From an uncultured Chloroflexia bacterium (GTDB lineage Bacteria > Chloroflexota > Limnocylindria > Limnocylindrales > CSP1-4): a DNA stretch of 64,000 nucleotides. The notes under the pieces were generated by a model that searched no databases, had not been told where the DNA came from, and saw only the letters and a list, made by a program, of their open reading frames with translations. The stretch covers positions 198,754 through 262,753 of the forward strand of contig CAVWFY010000008.1 in NCBI GenBank assembly GCA_963754485.1, read 5' to 3'. This document shows, piece by piece, positions 55,711-64,000 of this stretch. The position numbers and the translations under genes were made by a program. Positions within the stretch are counted from its first letter, which is position 1; the number at the start of each line of letters is the position of its first letter.

Positions 55711-57050
55711 CAGCTGGATCCTGCTGCGGTCGCACCGGCGCCCACCGCGATCGGCGTGCAGACGCCGGCCGGGCAGGTGGAGCGAAGGAGGTGGTCGTCG
55801 AGCTCGGACCGGAAGTATCGCATTGCGCTGGTGAAGGGCAGGGTGGCCAGCCGCTCGTGGTCGCACAGCGCCGAAGCCGCGATGTCGTGCGCGAGGTCGA
55901 CCAGCAGGGCCGGGTCGGTCGGCTTCGGCGTGCCGCCGGCGATGCGGTCGCCGATCTCGTACAGGCGGCGCAGGCCGATCCGGCAGGGGATGGACTTGCC
56001 GCAGGCGGCGTCCGCCGAGAACTTCGTCAGGAGCCGGGCGAGGTCCACGATGCAGGCCCGCTCGTCGGCGATGACCACGGATCCGGAGCCCACGTGGGCG
56101 CCCGCCTCGCGCAGCGCGTCGAACTCGTACGGGGTGTCCAGGAGGTCCGGGGGCAGGATGCCGCCGGTGGGTCCGCCCACCAGGATGGCCTTGAGCTCGC
56201 GACCCCCGGTGCCGCCCGCGAGCCGCACCAGCTCGCGCAGGGGCGTGCCCAGCGGGACCTCGGCGATCCCGCCACCCTCGGGGCCGCGCAGCTGGACGAG
56301 GACCGTGCCGGGGCTGGACGCTGCGCCGATCGCGGCGAATGCCTCGCGGCCGTTGACCATGATCCACGGGACCGCGGCCAGGGTCTGCACGTTGTTGACG
56401 ACGGTGGGCCTGTCGAACAGCCCCTTCTCGGTGGGGTACGGCGGGCGCTGGTCGGGCTGGCCCCGCTTGCCCTCGAGGGCCTTGATGAGGACCGTCTCCT
56501 CGCCCAGCATGTAGGCGCCCTGGACCGGGCGGACCGTCACGTTCACACGGTGGCCGGACCCGGCCGCGTCCTCGCCCAGGAAGCCCGCCTCCTCGGCCGC
56601 GAGGACCGCGCCCTCGAGCATCGTGACCAGCGCCGGGTCGTCGGCCCGCACGGCCAGAATCGCCTCGCTGGCGCCGATCGCGAAGGCCGCGATCGCGAGC
56701 CCTTCGATCACGGCGTACGGGTCGGCGGCGAGCAGCGCCGCGTCGGCCTGGACCGCCGGGTCTGCGCCGTAGCCGTTGGCGATCACGTAGCGCTGGTCGG
56801 CGGGTTGCGCGGCGGCGGCGCGCCACTTCTCGCCGGTCGGGAAGCCGGCCCCGCCGCGGCCCCGGAGACCGGAGCCGGCGATCGTGGCGATGCTCCCGAT
56901 GGCGCCATGGTCCCTGACCGCCCGCCGGAGACCCTCGAAGGCGCCGGCACGGACGGCGGCGTCGAGGTCGGACGGGTCGGCGGCGACGGCGGCCACACGC
57001 TCGAGCAGGACGCTCGGCCAATCACCCGGCGTGGCGAGGAAGCTGCCCAT
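55710..57050 (-). CDS. nuoF: NuoF/HydB-like flavoprotein subunit with degenerate motifs
   Basis: SGLRGRGGAGFPTG, GEET, PTVVNNVQT, GGPTGG, GSGSVV, CGKSIPCR, CPAGVC. Confidence 0.85.
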   Translation of the reverse strand: MGSFLATPGDWPSVLLERVAAVAADPSDLDAAVRAGAFEGLRRAVRDHGAIGSIATIAGSGLRGRGGAGFPTGEKWRAAAAQPADQRYVIANGYGADPAVQADAALLAADPYAVIEGLAIAAFAIGASEAILAVRADDPALVTMLEGAVLAAEEAGFLGEDAAGSGHRVNVTVRPVQGAYMLGEETVLIKALEGKRGQPDQRPPYPTEKGLFDRPTVVNNVQTLAAVPWIMVNGREAFAAIGAASSPGTVLVQLRGPEGGGIAEVPLGTPLRELVRLAGGTGGRELKAILVGGPTGGILPPDLLDTPYEFDALREAGAHVGSGSVVIADERACIVDLARLLTKFSADAACGKSIPCRIGLRRLYEIGDRIAGGTPKPTDPALLVDLAHDIAASALCDHERLATLPFTSAMRYFRSELDDHLLRSTCPAGVCTPIAVGAGATAAGSS

Positions 57051-57709
57051 CAGTTGGCCCGCCCCCCGTAGCCCAGGGAGACGTCCAACGCGGAGCGGAA
57101 CGCCGTCTCGTCGGCGCGGTGCGCCTCGCCGGCCACGGGTGCCTCAACAGCGGGCGGCTCGAAGCGCAGGTGGCGGTAGTAGCTCGCGGTGCCGTAGATC
57201 ATCGCGTACCAGGCGCCGGTCACCCGGGAGATGTGCTTGAGCGCGGCAACCGGGAGGTACCCGTACTCCGCCTGGGTCTCCTCGAGGATGGCCAGCATCT
57301 GCTTCGGGTCGTAGTCATGGGCCTCGAGGATCGCGTCCAGGGGCTCGAGGTCGATGCCGTCGAAGCGGATGAATGCGGGGTCGGCCACCGGTCGGCCGGA
57401 CCGCCGGAGCGCGGACTCCTCGCGACGCTCGCCGTAGGTCTCCGGGGCGCCCCAGTGGACGTGGAAGCGGCCCTTGGTGTCCACGCCGCCCATGTCGATG
57501 CACTCGATGGGGCAGGCCTGGGCGCACTGGAAGCACGTCTCGCACTTGAGCGTGCCGTACTCGTCGTAGAGCAGCTGCAGGCGGCCGCGGAACCTGGGCG
57601 CGACGTCGGCGTGCTGCTCGGGCCACATGATGGTGGCCTTGGGCTGGAAGAACCGCCGCAGGGTCAGGCTCATGCCGCGGACCAGGCCCATGCCGGGAAT
57701 GACGCTCAT
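57050..57709 (-). CDS. Fusion of NuoI N-terminal half and NuoE N-terminal helical domain
   Basis: GMSLTLRRFF...WPE...RFRGR...CETCFQCAQACP (NuoI), then LAILEETQAEYGYLP...IYGTASYY (NuoE); no [2Fe-2S] cysteines. Confidence 0.87.
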   Translation of the reverse strand: MSVIPGMGLVRGMSLTLRRFFQPKATIMWPEQHADVAPRFRGRLQLLYDEYGTLKCETCFQCAQACPIECIDMGGVDTKGRFHVHWGAPETYGERREESALRRSGRPVADPAFIRFDGIDLEPLDAILEAHDYDPKQMLAILEETQAEYGYLPVAALKHISRVTGAWYAMIYGTASYYRHLRFEPPAVEAPVAGEAHRADETAFRSALDVSLGYGGRAN

Positions 57710-57716
57710 CGGACGC

Positions 57717-59088
57717 TCACAGGCTCTTCACGACGACGATCGCCGTCGCGGTCAGGAACAGGTTGAAGAGCGCGGCGGGCAGGAGCCACTTCCACGCGAA
57801 GCCCATCAGGTGGTCGATGCGCACTCGTGGGAAGGTGCCCCGCATCCAGACGAACACGAACACGAAGATGAACGACTTGACCATGAACCAGATCAGCCCG
57901 GCGAACCAGTCCCAGCCGATGTAGGCCAGCGCCATGGCGCCGCCAATGGCCACCAGGTTGAACAGGAGGAAGCCGATGATCAGCGCCTGCCAGGCGGGCA
58001 TGTGGCTGCGGGTCAGGTAGAACGGCAGGGCGAAGAGCACGGTCAGGGCGAGGGGCATGGCCGCCACCAGGATCAGGAGGCCGACGCCCAGCGAGGCTGG
58101 GTCCAGCGCAACCGTGGGCGGCTGGAGCCCGACGAGCGCGAACAGGTCGTTGGTGTTGATCGGCGCGTTCCACGCCCCGAAGAACAGGGTGACCAGCAGC
58201 GCCGAGACGATGAACACGTTCACGTACTCGGCGAAGAACAGGAACCCGAAGCGCATGCCCGAGTATTCGGTCGCGAAGCCGGCGACGATCTCGGAGTCCG
58301 CCTCGGTCAGGTCGAACGGCGTCCGGTTCGCCTCCGCCGTGGCGGCGATGAAGAAGATCAGCGCGCCCAGCGGCTGGCGGAAGACGAACCAGTTCGTGAA
58401 CCAGCCTTCCTGCTGCTCCGCGATGCCGTTGAGGCTCATCGTGCCGGCAAGCAGGATCAGGCCCACGACCGACAGGGTGAGCGGGCAGCTCGTAGGAGAT
58501 CGACTGGGCCGCGGAGCGGATGCCGCCCAGCAGCGAGTACTTGTTGAACGACGACCAGCCCGCCAGGAGCAGGCCCACGACGGTCATGCCGCCCACCGCG
58601 AACAGGTAGAGCAGGCCGATGTTGAAGTCCTGGCCCACGAGTCCCGGCCCGAACGGGATGACCATGAACACCATCACCGCGGTGAGGAACACGAGCACGG
58701 GCGCCCAGGTGAAGACGATCCGGTCCGCGTTGGCGGGGGAGAAGTCCTCCTTGGACAGCACCTTGAGGCCGGCGACCAGGGAGTGGGCAGCGCCACCCGG
58801 CCCGACCCGGTTGGGTCCGACCCGGGTGTTCATGTAGGCGATGACCTTGAGCTCCATGTAGATGATGATGAACGCGGCCGGGATGCTGAACAGCAGGATG
58901 GCCGTGATCGCCACCACGAACCGCACGACCCCCATGTTCGACCCGAGCACGTCCAGCACGAACGGGCCGACGTAGACCGCGCCGAGGACCGTCAGGAACG
59001 GCCCGATCACGAGGACCAGGAGCAGCAGGGGCACGATGACCTTGCCCAGGGTCGTGAGGCCGCGGCTGGGGGGGTTGAGGGTCGTCAT
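57717..59088 (-). CDS. nuoH: NADH-quinone oxidoreductase subunit H; +1 frameshift at 58483-58485
   Basis: RVGPNRVG, KVLSKED, SLLGGIRSAAQSISYELP in one frame; AEANRTPFDLTEADSE, TEYSG, RGTFPRVRID in another. Confidence 0.93.
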
Positions 59089-59119
59089 CGCATCGCGCCC
59101 AGCCGTCGCAGCGCGGGCA

Positions 59120-60358
59120 TCACTTGTCGATGCCGCCCATGACCGGGTCGATCGACGCCATGACGGCCATCGTGTCCGCGATCAGGTTGCCCTTCATGAG
59201 CATGCCCACGAGCTGCATGTTGACGAAGGACGGGTCGTGGATCTTCATCCGGAACGGCTGGTCCGTGCCGTCCGAGATGGCGTACGTGCCGTACAGCCCG
59301 CGCGGGGCCTCGACGGCCGCCCAGGCCCGGCCCGGCCGCGGGCGGAGCAGGCGCGGGAGGCGCGCCATGACCGGCCCGTCGGGCATGCTGTGGAGGCACT
59401 GGTCGATGATCCGGATGCTCTCCCGGACCTCGTCGAGGCGGAGCAGGTAACGGTCCAGCGAGTCGCCTCCGTCCCTGGTGCCACGGACCGGGATGTCGAA
59501 CTCGAGCTCCGGGTAGACGGAGTAGGGATGCGCGCGGCGGACGTCGAACGGGACGCCGGCGGCGCGCAGGTTCGGGCCGGTGACGGCCATGCGCAGGGCG
59601 GTGTCCCTGTCCAGCTTGCCGATGCCGCGCATGCGCCGGACGAAGATCTCGTTCTCGTTGAGCAGCCCGATGCTGGCCTCGTGCTGCTTGGCGGCACGGC
59701 TCATCCAGTCGCCCAGGCGGGACATGAACTCGTGGTTGAGGTCGCCGTTCACGCCGCCGATGCGGAAGTAGTTGAACAGCATCCGCTGGCCGGTGATCGC
59801 CGCCAGCATCTCCACGATCTCGTCGCGCTCGATGAAGCTGTACAGGATGGGCGTGAGCCCGCCGAGGTCCAGCGCCATCCAGCCCTGGTAGAGGGCGTGG
59901 CTGGAGACGCGGAGCAGCTCGCCGGTGAGCACGCGGATGTACTCGGCGCGGCGCGGGACCCCCACGTCCAGGAGCTTCTCGAACGCCATCACCGGCGCCC
60001 ACTCCATGAACAGCGAGCTCACGTACTCGAGCGGGTCCACCTGGCTGATGATGTGGTGGTAGTCCGAGGTCTCGCACAGCTTCTCCACGCCGCGGTGGAG
60101 GTAGCCGAGGACCGGGTCCAGGTCCACGACCTGCTCGCCGTTGATCTTGAGCACGACCCGCAGGACTCCGTGCGTGGACGGGTGCTGGGGTCCCATGTTG
60201 AGGAACATCTCGCCGTCGCGGAGGCTGTAGAACTCGGCCTCGCGCTCGGTGCGCGGTGGGTACGGCGGGACGGCCTCGAACGCACCGATCTGGTTGTCGA
60301 GCATGATCCGGGGATCGTCCTCGGACGCGTGCTGGCCGATGGGCGAGTGTGTCGTCAT
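59120..60358 (-). CDS. nuoD: NADH-quinone oxidoreductase subunit D
   Basis: LNMGPQHPSTHGVLR, GYLHRGVEK, EAPRG, DPVMGGIDK (no Ni-binding CxxC). Confidence 0.97.
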   Translation of the reverse strand: MTTHSPIGQHASEDDPRIMLDNQIGAFEAVPPYPPRTEREAEFYSLRDGEMFLNMGPQHPSTHGVLRVVLKINGEQVVDLDPVLGYLHRGVEKLCETSDYHHIISQVDPLEYVSSLFMEWAPVMAFEKLLDVGVPRRAEYIRVLTGELLRVSSHALYQGWMALDLGGLTPILYSFIERDEIVEMLAAITGQRMLFNYFRIGGVNGDLNHEFMSRLGDWMSRAAKQHEASIGLLNENEIFVRRMRGIGKLDRDTALRMAVTGPNLRAAGVPFDVRRAHPYSVYPELEFDIPVRGTRDGGDSLDRYLLRLDEVRESIRIIDQCLHSMPDGPVMARLPRLLRPRPGRAWAAVEAPRGLYGTYAISDGTDQPFRMKIHDPSFVNMQLVGMLMKGNLIADTMAVMASIDPVMGGIDK

Positions 60359-60361
60359 CGC

Positions 60362-60910
60362 TCAGGCCTTCACGGTGCGGCGGACCACGCGCTCCGTCGC
60401 CTGCGACGGGGCGTGCGTCTGCTCCATGTGGCGGACCCCGCCGCCCGGGGACCGCGCCGCGTCGTCGGCAAGGTAGAAGTCCTTGCGCAGCGGGAAGCTC
60501 GTGTAATCGGGGGGCATGTAGATCCGGCGCAGATCGCGGTTGCCCTCGAAGATGATCCCGAACATGTCGTATGTCTCGCGCTCCATCCACTCGGCACCGG
60601 GCCACAGGCCGGTGAGGGTGGCGATCCGCGGGTTGTCGCGCGGCAGGCCGTCGGCGATCACGCGCAACCAGTCCGGCGTCGTCGCCGACCAGAGGTGGTA
60701 GGCGACCTGCATCTGGTTGCCGGTGTCCACGCCGGCGAGGTCGGCCAGGACCGCGAAGTCCAGCTCCGGCTCGTCGTGCAGGGCCGTCATCACCTCGGTC
60801 AGGTCGGCGGCCCCGATCCGGAGCTCGGTCTCGTCGTGGCGCTGGCGCACGGGGCCCGTGACCCTGTCGGCGAAGCGCGCCTCGAGGCGTCTGCGCAACT
60901 GGCGGTCCAT
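60362..60910 (-). CDS. nuoC: NADH-quinone oxidoreductase subunit C
   Basis: LWPGAEWMERETYDMFGI.FEG...LRRI, FPLRKDF. Confidence 0.95.
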   Translation of the reverse strand: MDRQLRRRLEARFADRVTGPVRQRHDETELRIGAADLTEVMTALHDEPELDFAVLADLAGVDTGNQMQVAYHLWSATTPDWLRVIADGLPRDNPRIATLTGLWPGAEWMERETYDMFGIIFEGNRDLRRIYMPPDYTSFPLRKDFYLADDAARSPGGGVRHMEQTHAPSQATERVVRRTVKA

Positions 60911-60912
60911 GC

Positions 60913-61686
60913 CTAGACGTCCTGGGGCACGTTGGGGCCGATGGGCCGGTCCGGCCACTGGCCGCGCCGCTCCTTGACGAGCTGGCCCAGCTTCATCATC
61001 CCGTAGATCAGGCCCTCGGGGCGCGGCGGGCAGCCGGGGACGTACACGTCCACCGGCATGAGCCGGTCGATGCCCTCGATGGTCGAGTAGCTGCGCTTGT
61101 AGCGGCCCCCGGAGCACGTGCAGTCGCCCATCGCGACGCACCACTTGGGTTCCGGCATCTGCTCCCAGAGACGGACGAGCGGGCCGGCCATCTTGGTGGT
61201 CAGCGTACCGGCGACGATCAGCACGTCCGCCTGGCGGGGGCTCGCCCGGAACGGGAACATGCCCCAGCGGTCCATGTCGTTCTTGGACGTGGCCGCGGAC
61301 ATCATCTCGATGGCGCAGCAGGCCAGGCCCGACAGGAGCGGCCAGAGGCTGTTCATCCGGATGAGATCGACGAGCAGGTCCGCCTTGGTGGGGATGACCT
61401 CGAGCTGGCCCCAGCGCGCGGTGTCGGCGTTGGCGAGCTCGTCGTGGGCGAGCTCCCGCAGGTGCGTGAAGGCAGGCGCCGTGCTTGCGTAGGAGCCCGG
61501 GCTGGCCGAGGTCCACAGGGTGTTGGGGACCACGATGGGGGCCATGAGGTCGGCCGGGGAGGCGGCGACGAGGGACGCCGGGTGCACGCGCTCGTCGGGG
61601 GGCGCCTGGAGGCCGGCCTCGGGCCCGACGTCCAGGCCCGTGCCCTCGTCCGTGCCCTCGTCCGGGCCGTCAGGCGTCAACGCCAC
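60913..61686 (-). CDS. nuoB: NADH-quinone oxidoreductase subunit B (acidic N-terminal extension)
   Basis: GLACCAIEM, ASPRQAD, PEPKWCVAMGDC, VDVYVPGCPPRPE. Confidence 0.97.
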   Translation of the reverse strand: MALTPDGPDEGTDEGTGLDVGPEAGLQAPPDERVHPASLVAASPADLMAPIVVPNTLWTSASPGSYASTAPAFTHLRELAHDELANADTARWGQLEVIPTKADLLVDLIRMNSLWPLLSGLACCAIEMMSAATSKNDMDRWGMFPFRASPRQADVLIVAGTLTTKMAGPLVRLWEQMPEPKWCVAMGDCTCSGGRYKRSYSTIEGIDRLMPVDVYVPGCPPRPEGLIYGMMKLGQLVKERRGQWPDRPIGPNVPQDV

Positions 61687-62039
61687 GTGAGCACCCCCTT
61701 GCGCCAGGCGTAGGCGAGCCCGAAGAGCAGGATCACGACGAAGACGAGCATGGTGACGAAGAGTCGCAGCGGGTCCTGGGCCTGCTGGAAGATGAGCGCC
61801 CACAGGAAGATGAAGATCACCTCGATGTCGAAGGCGACGAACATCAGGGCGTAGATGTAGAACGAGATGCCGAAGCGGGCGTGGGTGTCGCCGTAGGTGT
61901 CGATGCCCGACTCGTACGGATAGCCCTTGTGCGCATCGCCGCGGGTACGGTGTGAGATCAGCCAGGCGAGCCCGATCGTGCCGAACACGAACAGCGTGCC
62001 GGCGACAACGAACCCGACGACGTACCAGATCCCGGTCAC
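61677..62039 (-). CDS. nuoA: NADH-quinone oxidoreductase subunit A
   Basis: YPYESG, FYIYALMFVAFDIEVIF, YAWRKGVLTW. Confidence 0.96.
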   Translation of the reverse strand: MTGIWYVVGFVVAGTLFVFGTIGLAWLISHRTRGDAHKGYPYESGIDTYGDTHARFGISFYIYALMFVAFDIEVIFIFLWALIFQQAQDPLRLFVTMLVFVVILLFGLAYAWRKGVLTWR

Positions 62040-62096
62040 GAGGTCCTCGAGGGCGTGGCAATGATCCCGCCCGCGGAGACGCGGCACGGCGCGGTC

Positions 62097-62102
62097 ATTC
62101 TA
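62097..62102 (-). promoter_or_regulatory. Extended -10 (TGC-TAGAAT) upstream of nuoA
   Basis: Reverse complement of ATTCTA at 62097-62102, with TG upstream. Confidence 0.55.
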
Positions 62103-62236
62103 GCAGCGCCCGTGGGCGAGGAGGATCCGTCCGGCGAGGCCGTCCGGCCCGTTGTCGGACCCGTCATCCGTGCGGCGCCGCCCACGTTTCCAGCGTCCGG
62201 CAGCTCGTCCGGTGCCCCATCCCGATGAGCAGGATG

Positions 62237-63463
62237 TCATGCGCCGGGGCGCGGCACGCGCTCGAGCGACGCCAGCGAGAGGCCATCGGGCAGCCCGCGA
62301 CCGAAGACGAGCACGCGGAACCCACCCATGCCGCGGGTGTCCATGAGCCGGGCGACCGCAGACCGCAGGGCGAGCGCGTCCTGGAGGGTGGCTCCGGGCC
62401 GACGCAGGTACGCGTTGGTCAGGTCGATCGTGCCCGCCCGGGCGAGGAGTTCCGCCTGCGTCGTCTCGCCGATCGGGACCAGGCCGGCGTGCTGGGCGGC
62501 CGACCGGACCGAGGCCAGGTCCACGGTGGCGGTGAGGTCCTGGCGGCCGATGTGGCGGAACGGGTCCGAGCCAACCGCGTGGCGGGCGAACGCCCGGAGG
62601 GTACCGGTGGGGTGCGCGGCGCCGTGGAGTTCCGCGGGCTCGGCGGCGTAGTCCACGAGGACCAGCAGGCCGGTGGCCAGGTGGCGGGTGGCGTCCACGA
62701 GCCAGGCGTCCAGGGCGAGGCAGACCTCGGTGACGTGTCCATCGCCCAGGGCCACGCCCTCCGCGGCGAGACGCTCCGCGAGGGCCGGCGTAGTGGGCTC
62801 GGCCTCGAGCCAGGCGAAGTCACCCCTTGGGTCCAGCGTGACCAGGAGCTCGCGCAGCCCACCGTCCCGGCCAACGACCCGGTGGACCGGGAGCGCGTCG
62901 AGGACCTCGTTCGCGACCACCGCGCCCGTCCTGGCTTCGGCGCCGTCATGACCGCCGTTCATCGCCAGGGGCCCGTCCAGCTCGTCGGCGGCCAGGCGCT
63001 CGCGCAGCGTGTCGATGCGGGCCGGCTCCACCTCGACCGGGCGGTACCGGATGGCCTCGTACAACGGTGAGCCAAGGTCGCGCAGCCCGCCCAGCAGCCC
63101 CGACGCCAGCGCCCCGGTGCCGGCACCGGGTTCCGTGACCGTGAACGGTGTGGGGCGACCCAGCGCGTCCCACGCCTGCTCGAGCAGCCGGCCGATCGCC
63201 GCGCCGAAGATCGGATGGGCCTCCGGGGCGGTCAGGAAGTCGGCACCGACGGTCCCGGGTCCCGGCACCGGTCGGCGGTAGTAGCCGTGGCCGGGCTCGT
63301 AGAGGGCCCGTTCCATGAATTGCGCGAAGGTGATGGGGCCGCGCTCCGAGATCTCTTCGCGGATCGCGTCGGCCAGCACGGTGTCCTCGCCGACGGCCTC
63401 GGGATCCGGCAGCGCCTCGCGCCGGTAGGCGGCAGCGACGGATGGGTGGTCGACGTGATCCAT
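62237..63463 (-). CDS. NDUFAF7/MidA-family SAM-dependent methyltransferase, leaderless
   Basis: GPITFAQFMERALY..GYY, DFLTAPE, EPGAGTG, ANEVLDALP, DYA, DLTATVD; TAGGAT 7 nt before the ATG. Confidence 0.88.
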   Translation of the reverse strand: MDHVDHPSVAAAYRREALPDPEAVGEDTVLADAIREEISERGPITFAQFMERALYEPGHGYYRRPVPGPGTVGADFLTAPEAHPIFGAAIGRLLEQAWDALGRPTPFTVTEPGAGTGALASGLLGGLRDLGSPLYEAIRYRPVEVEPARIDTLRERLAADELDGPLAMNGGHDGAEARTGAVVANEVLDALPVHRVVGRDGGLRELLVTLDPRGDFAWLEAEPTTPALAERLAAEGVALGDGHVTEVCLALDAWLVDATRHLATGLLVLVDYAAEPAELHGAAHPTGTLRAFARHAVGSDPFRHIGRQDLTATVDLASVRSAAQHAGLVPIGETTQAELLARAGTIDLTNAYLRRPGATLQDALALRSAVARLMDTRGMGGFRVLVFGRGLPDGLSLASLERVPRPGA

Positions 63464-63473
63464 CGTGGGGATC

Positions 63474-64000
63474 CTAGCCCCGGCGCCGATCCCGAGCCCG
63501 GGCCCAGCCTCGATCCCCGCCACGGGTGCCCAGCCCGAGCGCGAGGCGGAGGCCCGGACCGACCAGTCCGTGCCCGCCGAGCAGGACGGGGACCGGCGCC
63601 TCCACGGCCGCAGCCGTCAGTTCGGCCAGCCACGGGTCGCGCACCCTGTCGGAGAGGAGGAGGTCGCTCGCGAATCGATCCTCGGCGGGCGGCCAGCCGC
63701 GCTCGTCGCCCCCGTAGTGGTGGGCCATCAGCACGCGGCTGTCCAGGAGCGCGCCTTCACACAGCGCGGCCGTGAGCCGGCCCAGGCTCCCGGGTCCATC
63801 CCTGTCGAGAAGGTCGCCGAGGAGACTCCGGGGCGGGCGGCGGTTGGGGCGGCCCACGGTCGCGCCGATCCCCGCGGTTCGCAGGCCCCGCTCCTCGACG
63901 AGCGCGCGCGTCCGGGAGCGGGTCGACCGCTCCAGCCAGCGCAGGTCCGCGGCGGACGTTCGACCCGCGATCAGGAGCTCGGCCCCGAGGTCGGCAGCGA
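63474..64000 (-). CDS. C-terminal part of a conserved hypothetical protein (runs off the window)
   Basis: Open frame to the window edge; VEERG, DSRVL, EDRFASD, PVLLGGH motifs; function not recognised. Confidence 0.6.
   Translation of the reverse strand, partial: AADLGAELLIAGRTSAADLRWLERSTRSRTRALVEERGLRTAGIGATVGRPNRRPPRSLLGDLLDRDGPGSLGRLTAALCEGALLDSRVLMAHHYGGDERGWPPAEDRFASDLLLSDRVRDPWLAELTAAAVEAPVPVLLGGHGLVGPGLRLALGLGTRGGDRGWARARDRRRG

Noticed and set aside
55983-56003. Selenocysteine recoding to explain missing Cys ligands
   Set aside because: The substituted codon is TCC (Ser), and no in-frame TGA was seen in the redox genes
58470-58500. Programmed ribosomal frameshift in nuoH
   Set aside because: No slippery heptamer; only a GGG run, and a second similar indel in tlpA points to sequence error
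59120-61686. Possible group 4 [NiFe]-hydrogenase (Ech/Hyc-like) rather than complex I
   Set aside because: NuoD lacks both Ni-binding CxxC motifs (ends DPVMGGIDK) and has the quinone-site HPSTHG motif
1-64000. tRNA, rRNA, IS, integrase or prophage
   Set aside because: No cloverleaf or rRNA signature, transposase or integrase motifs, or abrupt composition shift recognised by eye; a tRNAscan/ISEScan run would confirm

Overview
A 64-kb, very GC-rich bacterial chromosomal window, most likely from a Chloroflexota genome (inferred from the DnaA N-terminus MDAKQVWRAALGELQ and the gene content). It spans the replication origin: jag-yidC-yidD-rnpA-rpmH <> dnaA-oriC-dnaN-recF-dciA. The left arm carries arsM/arsR, a C39-like peptidase, GH125, a hemerythrin-fused P1B-5 ATPase, GH13 and a VanW protein. 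The centre (26.6-42.3 kb) is a 16-kb inositol-lipid and mannosylation block: ArsR-pgsA-ino1-patA-patA-PHP-pimA, a 1814-aa double GT-C/PMT fusion, a further GT-C, a DUF2723 (TMEM260-like) protein and a GT2. The right arm carries MFS, CorA, a sortase-fold protein with Ser in place of the catalytic Cys, TlpA, and an unusual complex I operon. In that operon nuoI is split in two by an inserted module of truncated NuoE, degenerate NuoF and a NuoG-GltD/NfnB fusion, which points to an NADPH-fed complex I whose N6a/N6b clusters would be shared between two polypeptides. An NDUFAF7/MidA methyltransferase lies directly upstream. No rRNA, tRNA, CRISPR array or mobile element was recognised. Two single-base frameshifts (nuoH, tlpA) are probably sequence errors. 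All assignments come from motif recognition by eye; no database search was run.
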